A program made the translations under genes and the position numbers. A DNA stretch of 32,000 nt from Methanothermobacter thermautotrophicus str. Delta H (GTDB lineage: Archaea; Methanobacteriota; Methanobacteria; Methanobacteriales; Methanothermobacteraceae), in NCBI RefSeq assembly GCF_000008645.1, contig NC_000916.1, forward strand, positions 1,170,001-1,202,000, written 5' to 3'. The first letter of the stretch is position 1, and each line of letters starts with the position of its first letter. The notes under the pieces were generated by a model. That model worked only from the letters and a program-made list of their open reading frames with translations. It made no database searches and was not told the origin of the DNA. This document shows, piece after piece, positions 26,629 to 32,000 of this stretch.

Positions 26629-26834
26629 GGACACTAATAAGGGAACACAGGAAGGAACTCGGATTAACCCAGGAGGAACTCGCAGAGAGGGTTGGGGTAA
26701 CAAGGCAGACCATAATAGCCCTTGAGAAGGGACGTTACAGCCCCTCCCTCATCCTTGCCCACAGGATCGCAAGGGCCCTGGGAAGGGAGCATATCGAGGA
26801 TATCTTCATCCTTGATGAGGACGGTGCAAAATGA
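26625..26834 (+). CDS. XRE-family HTH transcriptional regulator
   Basis: TTG start: [69 protein letters not shown]; overlaps the preceding membrane gene. The track used an upstream in-frame ATG. Confidence 0.87.
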   Translation: MRTLIREHRKELGLTQEELAERVGVTRQTIIALEKGRYSPSLILAHRIARALGREHIEDIFILDEDGAK

Positions 26835-27421
26835 AAATGATAAGATACGGTGAAATTAAAATAAAGACCTGCGAAAACGTCTATGAACCAGCAGAGGACA
26901 CCTTCCTCCTTGCAGATAACCTGGATGTCAGGGAGGGTGATCGTGTCCTTGAAATAGGTACAGGAACAGGACTTGTTGCCATAAGAGCATCAGAGAAGGG
27001 AGATGTGACTGCAACCGATGTGAATCCCGCCGCAGTTAAGTGCACGCAGGAGAATGCCATTATCAATGGAGTTGAACTCAGGGTCCTGCAGGGGGACCTC
27101 TTTGACCCGGTTGAGGGCGAAAAATTTGACGTCATCCTCTTCAACACACCCTACCTTCCAGCCACCGGGGATGATGCCACAGGGGATGTCCTGGACCTCG
27201 CCTGGAATGGGGGCCCCGACGGCAGGATGGTTATAGACAGGTTCCTTGATGAGGTCCCGGCACACCTGAAACCTGGGGGGAGGGTCCAGCTGGTGCAGTC
27301 CTCCCTCTCCGATACAGAGAAGACCCTCCAGAAACTGGCAGATATGGGCTTTGATGCGTCGGTTACTGCAAGTGAGAGGTACTTCTTTGAGGAGATAGTC
27401 CTGATAACAGCCATGATTTAA
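26831..27421 (+). CDS. HemK-type release factor / protein glutamine methyltransferase
   Basis: [35 protein letters not shown] (NPPY-like) motifs. Confidence 0.92.
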   Translation: MKMIRYGEIKIKTCENVYEPAEDTFLLADNLDVREGDRVLEIGTGTGLVAIRASEKGDVTATDVNPAAVKCTQENAIINGVELRVLQGDLFDPVEGEKFDVILFNTPYLPATGDDATGDVLDLAWNGGPDGRMVIDRFLDEVPAHLKPGGRVQLVQSSLSDTEKTLQKLADMGFDASVTASERYFFEEIVLITAMI

Positions 27422-27564
27422 TAAAAAAATTTTATAACCACCACTGAGCTGGTGTGTCATGTTTTTCCAGTTTTTTTAATCGCCCATCGATTTATGGCGA
27501 GTCCCCCGTTTATATACCTACTATGAAATTTTACTGTCGCCTCAAGTAATATGCTGTAGCTGAT

Positions 27565-27600
27565 CCGTAATATATATGAGTTTTTTGTATAGAATTATTA
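27565..27600 (+). promoter_or_regulatory. Candidate TATA promoter for the C39-peptidase/cargo gene
   Basis: GTAATATATATGAG about 30-50 nt upstream of the start region; GGAG at 27611-27614 upstream of an alternative GTG start at 27623. Confidence 0.45.
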
Positions 27601-27607
27601 TAAGTTA

Positions 27608-28567
27608 ATGGGAGTGTCCAAAGTGAGAGGTTTGTATATACTGTTGCTGGTCGTGCTCCTCCTCGCGGTGTCTGTTAACTCTTCAGCCGCTGCAGACAAC
27701 TGTACAGTCCTTGAAGCACAGGGGGATGATGTAGCGGGTGCACTGACCCATAATGTTACAGTGGATTCTGAGGGTGTGGTCCTCCAGACAAGGAACTACA
27801 CCTGCGGACCCGCAGCACTCGTCACCGTCCTCCAGAGACTCGGAGTGAACACCACAGAGGATGAACTCGCAGGCCTTGCCGGAACAACCGAGGACGGGAC
27901 CACCATGCAGGGCCTCCTGGAAGCCAGCAGGGCCAAGGGAGTGAACGCAACCGGCATGAAACTAAACATATCTGAACTCAAAGAAAACATGATCGCCTAT
28001 ACCATCAATGACGGCACCGGACACTACACCGTAATAAACGGAATCACCAATGACACGGTCAAACTCGCAGATCCAAGCCTCGGGAACATCGAAATGAATA
28101 TAGAAGAGTTCACTGAGATCTACAGCGGATATGCACTGGTTATAAATGATCCTAATAATCCAAGACAGGTCAACGGAACCACAGAACAAACAAATAATCA
28201 AACAGATCAAAGCAACGAGAACACCTCATCAGAAACCATAAATAACCTGACAGATACCACCTCTGATGTGCAGGCAGACAACAGAACTCTGACTGATGAG
28301 GAAATGCAGAACATTAAAGGTAAAAAATGGAGGCATAAACATTGGCATCCATGGAAGTGGCGGTGTTCTTATCATTGGCATGGTTGGTATCCTGTGCGTG
28401 TCCGTGCCTATTATGGATTCCATATAGTCTCTTATACAGCCCAAATGGTGCGCTGTGCTTGTACGCTGGATGCTGATGGCTTTGACTATTATTATGCTCG
28501 CTGTAAGACCTATGGTGATCGCTATATGGATTGGTATCGGCGCGTGGGATATAGGTATGCGGCATGA
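27608..28567 (+). CDS. Secreted C39-type peptidase domain fused to a double-glycine-like leader and an 80-aa cargo (bacteriocin-like)
   Basis: Signal sequence (LYILLLVVLLLAVSVNSSAAA); C39-like catalytic elements NYTCGPAAL...GTGHYTVING...VKLADPSLG; Asn/Thr linker; LTDEEMQNIKGK; W/Y/H/R-rich C-terminus with four Cys. GTG at 27623 is an alternative start. Confidence 0.8.
   Translation: MGVSKVRGLYILLLVVLLLAVSVNSSAAADNCTVLEAQGDDVAGALTHNVTVDSEGVVLQTRNYTCGPAALVTVLQRLGVNTTEDELAGLAGTTEDGTTMQGLLEASRAKGVNATGMKLNISELKENMIAYTINDGTGHYTVINGITNDTVKLADPSLGNIEMNIEEFTEIYSGYALVINDPNNPRQVNGTTEQTNNQTDQSNENTSSETINNLTDTTSDVQADNRTLTDEEMQNIKGKKWRHKHWHPWKWRCSYHWHGWYPVRVRAYYGFHIVSYTAQMVRCACTLDADGFDYYYARCKTYGDRYMDWYRRVGYRYAA
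27999..28330 (+). repeat. Direct repeat copy A: distal C39 region, linker and leader motif
   Basis: Near-identical to 29020..29349; few substitutions and one 3-nt indel (PRQVNG versus PQVNG). Confidence 0.95.
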
Positions 28568-28613
28568 AGAAATTAAGTGTGGAATATGAGTATCATTCGG
28601 AGGTATGTGAAAA

Positions 28614-28979
28614 ATGAAACGGGCATATGTCCTGCTAATTGGTTTGTCAATGCTTCTCATCTCCTTGATAGTACCATTCCCTCTAGCATTGTCCTTTGTT
28701 ATCCTGGCAGGATTATTTATCGCACATTTCAGTAAGATGGAAGAAAAAGAGGTTAACATGATTATAACAGCCACGGTATCTTTATTCATAGGATTACTGG
28801 GAGGATTACTTGGATCGATGATTCACCACAATATTTCATCAACCTGGACACTACTATCTGCTCATGGGGGACTCTTTTTAATAGCCTTAATTGGATACTT
28901 TTTCATGGTCCTAATACTGATGACATTAGGATCCATGATAGACAAGGTTATATCGAAAGCTAGATCAAAATCCCTTTGA
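28614..28979 (+). CDS. Small multi-TM protein, putative immunity or accessory protein
   Basis: 121-aa hydrophobic ORF with GGAGG ~10 nt upstream, directly after the cargo gene; a decayed homologue exists at ~30545-30660. Confidence 0.72.
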   Translation: MKRAYVLLIGLSMLLISLIVPFPLALSFVILAGLFIAHFSKMEEKEVNMIITATVSLFIGLLGGLLGSMIHHNISSTWTLLSAHGGLFLIALIGYFFMVLILMTLGSMIDKVISKARSKSL

Positions 28980-29006
28980 GTTTCCGCAGACCCCACCACA
29001 ACATCA

Positions 29007-29576
29007 ATGACACCAGAAGATACCATCAATGACGGCACCGGACACTACACCGTAATAAACGGAATCACCAATGACACGGTCAAACTCGCAGATCCAAGCC
29101 TCGGGAACATCGAAATGAATATAGAAGAGTTCGCTGAGATCTACAGCGGATATGCACTGGTTATAAATGATCCCAATAATCCACAGGTCAACGGAACCAC
29201 AGAACAAACAAATAATCAAACAGATCAAAGCAACGAGAACACCTCATCAGAAACCATAAATAACCTGACAGATACCGCCTCTGCTGTGAAGGCAGACAAC
29301 AGAACTCTGACTGATGAGGAAATGAAGAACATTAAAGGTAAAAACTGGAAGTACAGGTTAAATCAAAGGTTAAAGAGACAGGGAAGATGGAAAAGAAATG
29401 CATGGTACAACCGAAGCTTTAACTGGTGGAGAGTCTACTATGGAGGTGCCTGGGTCTGTGTAGCACCAGGTTACACAAATCATCCCGTGGGTAAGCTTTT
29501 TGGTTTCTTAGGGACAGTTTATCTAGGCACCGTGGGAACAGCGCATCTTAACGAAGGGTGGTGGACATATACCTGA
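29007..29576 (+). CDS. Truncated paralogue of the 27608 gene with a different 77-aa C-terminal cargo
   Basis: Lacks signal peptide and catalytic Cys; starts MTPEDTINDGTGHYTVING..., retains the ADPSLG region, linker and LTDEEMKNIKGK, then NWKYRLNQRLKRQGRWKRNAWYNRSFNWWRVYYGG.... Confidence 0.7.
   Translation: MTPEDTINDGTGHYTVINGITNDTVKLADPSLGNIEMNIEEFAEIYSGYALVINDPNNPQVNGTTEQTNNQTDQSNENTSSETINNLTDTASAVKADNRTLTDEEMKNIKGKNWKYRLNQRLKRQGRWKRNAWYNRSFNWWRVYYGGAWVCVAPGYTNHPVGKLFGFLGTVYLGTVGTAHLNEGWWTYT
29020..29349 (+). repeat. Direct repeat copy B: distal C39 region, linker and leader motif
   Basis: Near-identical to 27999..28330; similarity ends just after the IKGK motif. Confidence 0.95.
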
Positions 29577-29645
29577 CATTTAATTTTATTTTTATGAAAT
29601 AGGAGGAGTATCTAGGATATAAGTGAAAAACATGAAAAAATAATA

Positions 29646-29957
29646 ATGTTACTCCTGTCTGTAGTCTTTTTTGGGATTTTTTTATACATAGAATTTAATT
29701 TTTTCCAATACTCAGAGTTAAGATTGTTAATGTTCATGTTAATTGTACTAACTCTTTATGGATATGCCAGACTTCAAAGTATCTATGATACCCCCGCAAG
29801 AAGATTAAAACTTTTGTTTTACACAATAGTTCTGGCTTTATTATTTTATATAGTAATACTAACCCGGCAGCCAGCGTTACTAAGAAATACCATGACTATA
29901 GTGACTATAGCGGCGTTAATTCTACTTGCATTTGATAAAAAAGAGAAGGTGAAATAG
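29646..29957 (+). CDS. Small multi-TM protein, putative immunity or accessory protein for the second cargo
   Basis: 103-aa hydrophobic ORF (LLLSVVFFGIFLYIEF..., LLMFMLIVLTLYGYA, LLFYTIVLALLFYIVIL, NTMTIVTIAALILLAF) downstream of the second cargo. Confidence 0.65.
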   Translation: MLLLSVVFFGIFLYIEFNFFQYSELRLLMFMLIVLTLYGYARLQSIYDTPARRLKLLFYTIVLALLFYIVILTRQPALLRNTMTIVTIAALILLAFDKKEKVK

Positions 29958-29999
29958 CCAACATAATAGTTATCGACAGATGAGACTAACCCTAACTAA

Positions 30000-30276
30000 A
30001 TGAAAGTGTTGAAGTTGCAGATCCAAGGAAAAAGATAGACAATTAACACCCCCACAATTTCCAAGAGATTTACAGGCTACACTACTGTAATCAACCAAGA
30101 AACAGATGACATTCCGGCCGTGGACAGCGCAGCTCAAACCAGCACTTAAAACAACCCTAACCAAAGAGAAAATGCAGAACATCAAGGGTAAAGGTGAAGG
30201 TTATTCCTTCAAGATCGAAGTTTTTTCACTCTTTGTCTTGGGTGTTTCCTTGGTCTTACATTCATCTTATACGTGA
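30000..30276 (+). pseudogene. Decayed third copy of the C39-distal/leader/cargo module
   Basis: NESVEVADPRKK (compare NDTVKLADPSLG), GYTTVIN (compare GYALVIN), then open frame 30106..30276 encoding MTFRPWTAQLKPALKTTLTKEKMQNIKGKGEGYSFKIEVFSLFVLGVSLVLHSSYT. Confidence 0.7.
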
Positions 30277-30544
30277 CATTAAGAAGAGAGTTCCGAAAGC
30301 AGGAGACATCGGTTTGTTCATAGCAAACATCTCATGCTCTTTTAAGTATTCCGCAAACACATCTAATTGTCTGCTCTGCATGCTAGATTGGATATAGATA
30401 TGCAGCATAAACTTTTATGGGGTTCATTTTATTCCACATATATTAAAACTAGGCGTGGGTGAAGGAAGATGCGGGTTTGTGTGTCATCCTGAACAGTCTT
30501 ACTTTCCTTAGGGGAGATATTTAATGTATTCCTTAGAGCTGTTT

Positions 30545-30660
30545 GATGCTCTTTCCCTTTGTGGCTTGTCATAGCCGGCTATTTTATTGCACGTTTCAGC
30601 GAAAAAATAGAAAAGACATGGTAATAGTGGCTATGGTATGTCTTTCACTGCATGAGTAGA
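30545..30660 (+). pseudogene. Decayed homologue of the 28614..28979 membrane protein
   Basis: FPLWLVIAGYFIARFSEKIEK matches FPLALSFVILAGLFIAHFSKMEEK, then after a frame change DMVIVAMVCLSL matches NMIITATVSLFI. Confidence 0.65.
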
Positions 30661-30941
30661 TTACTCATAGCACTAATAATAAATATCCCCTCTTAAAAAG
30701 CTTTTCGAGACAAAAACCGCTGAAAAATTGAAGTGTTATTAAGATGCACAATATTATAACCCAACTTTAGGAAAGGAACCAGACATCACGGATGCTCTCA
30801 CATGGAACAGTGAGAGACGCATGTTACCCCGACCCAGAAATCAAACAATATTGGAGATCCCCAAGTGGATCCCCTGATAAAACCAGGCCCCTACCATTTT
30901 TCAAGGATTTGAAAAATGAATTATAGGACCTTTTAAACCGT

Positions 30942-31811
30942 TTATGGATCACGGAGCAGTATACCATCAAATACCATGACGGCATCGCCCTCCATGTAGG
31001 CCCCTAGTTCTGTGCCGTCCTGGTAGACGTCTATTTTAAGTTCCCCTCCTGGAAGGTGCACCAGGACACTGTCATCCAGTTTTTCAAGTTTAACACCCGC
31101 AATTACACTGGCTGTGGCCCCGGTGCCGCAGGCCATTGTGGGTCCAGCACCCCTCTCCCAGGTCACCATGATTATCTCAGAGGGGCTCACGACCTCAACA
31201 AAGTGGACATTTATCCTCTCAGGAAAGAGGGGATGGTTCTCTATTGCCGGTCCAAGCCTGTCAAGGTCCACGCCCTCCGCATCATCAACGAATATTATGG
31301 CGTGTGGATTCCCGACGCTTAGTGCTGTGAGCTTAATGTCCTCACCCTCCACAGGCAGGAACCTGTCTATGAACTCGTATTCCTCAACATCCATGGGTAT
31401 CTGGTCTGTTTTGAATGTTGCGGTGCCCATATCAACCCTTGATGAGACCACTGCACCATCCTCGACCTCCAGTTCCACGGTCTTGATACCTGCGAGGGTT
31501 TCCACCTCCAGTCTCCTCTTCCTCACTATGGCATTGTCATATACAAACTTTGAGAAGCACCTTATACCGTTTCCGCACATCTCTGCCTCGCTTCCATCAG
31601 CATTGAATATCCTGAAGCGGATATCCCCTTCGCCGGATGCAGGCTGGACAAATATAACACCATCCGCACCCACAGAGAATCCCCTGGTGCATACCTCCCT
31701 TACAAACTCTGGCTTCTTATCCTCAGGTATGCACTCCTGGGCGCTCTCATCTATAACCACATAGTCGTTTCCAAGCCCATGCATCTTGGAAAAGAGTATC
31801 ATCCTCGTCAT
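30942..31811 (-). CDS. dapF: Diaminopimelate epimerase
   Basis: [49 protein letters not shown] motifs. Confidence 0.96.
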   Translation of the reverse strand: MTRMILFSKMHGLGNDYVVIDESAQECIPEDKKPEFVREVCTRGFSVGADGVIFVQPASGEGDIRFRIFNADGSEAEMCGNGIRCFSKFVYDNAIVRKRRLEVETLAGIKTVELEVEDGAVVSSRVDMGTATFKTDQIPMDVEEYEFIDRFLPVEGEDIKLTALSVGNPHAIIFVDDAEGVDLDRLGPAIENHPLFPERINVHFVEVVSPSEIIMVTWERGAGPTMACGTGATASVIAGVKLEKLDDSVLVHLPGGELKIDVYQDGTELGAYMEGDAVMVFDGILLRDP

Positions 31812-31816
31812 CAGAT

Positions 31817-32000
31817 CTACCTCTTCAGAAGTCTTGCAGGTACATTCTGTCCCCTCAGGAGGTCAGAGAAGGTCTCCCTCTCCCTGACAACATCAACCTT
31901 GCCTTCCCTCACAAGGACCTCAGCGGGTCTTGGCCTGGAGTTGTACTGGGAGGACATTGAGAAGGAGTAGGCCCCTGCGTTCATGATGGCAAGGACATCG
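31817..32000 (-). CDS. lysA: Diaminopimelate decarboxylase, C-terminal part (runs off the window)
   Basis: Minus strand encodes ...[60 protein letters not shown]. Confidence 0.93.
   Translation of the reverse strand, partial: DVLAIMNAGAYSFSMSSQYNSRPRPAEVLVREGKVDVVRERETFSDLLRGQNVPARLLKR

Noticed and set aside
28229-28789. 186-aa minus-strand ORF opposite cargo 1 and the first membrane protein, considered as an antitoxin
   Set aside because: Reads as the complement of Tyr/His/Trp-rich coding sequence (Ile/His/Pro-rich) and bridges two plus-strand genes with good RBS context; no independent support.
27422-30941. Possible CRISPR array, transposon or prophage fragment explaining the island
   Set aside because: No regularly spaced short repeats, transposase, integrase or terminal inverted repeats seen; the repeats are coding duplications of the C39/leader module.

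Overview
This window is a slice of a methanogenic archaeal chromosome. Gene content and order match the genus Methanothermobacter (inference from recognised families, no database search run). Identifiable features: the grpE-dnaK-dnaJ chaperone cluster; RNase P RNA; an initiator-type tRNA-Met; methionine aminopeptidase; the F420-reducing hydrogenase operon frhADGB; a PepSY protein; PAC2 proteins; two tandem tRNA-Arg genes; endonuclease Q; a translation block (rpl44e, rps27e, aIF2-alpha, nop10); GINS and PCNA; TFS, rpoL, csl4, dph2 and gfcR; SRP54, pus10, rpl21e, rpoF, DUF655, ksgA and a HemK-type methyltransferase; and dapF-lysA. The most interesting part is the ~3.5 kb AT-richer island between the HemK-type gene and dapF (27.4-30.9 kb). 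It encodes a secreted C39-type cysteine peptidase domain fused through an Asn/Thr-rich linker to a double-glycine-like leader (LTDEEMQNIKGK), then an 80-aa Trp/Tyr/His/Arg-rich cargo, followed by a small membrane protein. A second, truncated copy repeats the same linker and leader (~330 bp, nearly identical) but ends in a completely different 77-aa cargo and is followed by an unrelated small membrane protein. A third, decayed copy carries LTKEKMQNIKGK with a short cargo, plus a decayed homologue of the first membrane protein. I read this as a modular secreted-peptide (bacteriocin-like) and putative immunity cassette array with leader-anchored C-terminal switching. Two apparent single-nucleotide frameshifts in conserved genes (dnaK 3' end, PAC2 5' end) are also visible. 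Nop10 was missed by the ORF track.
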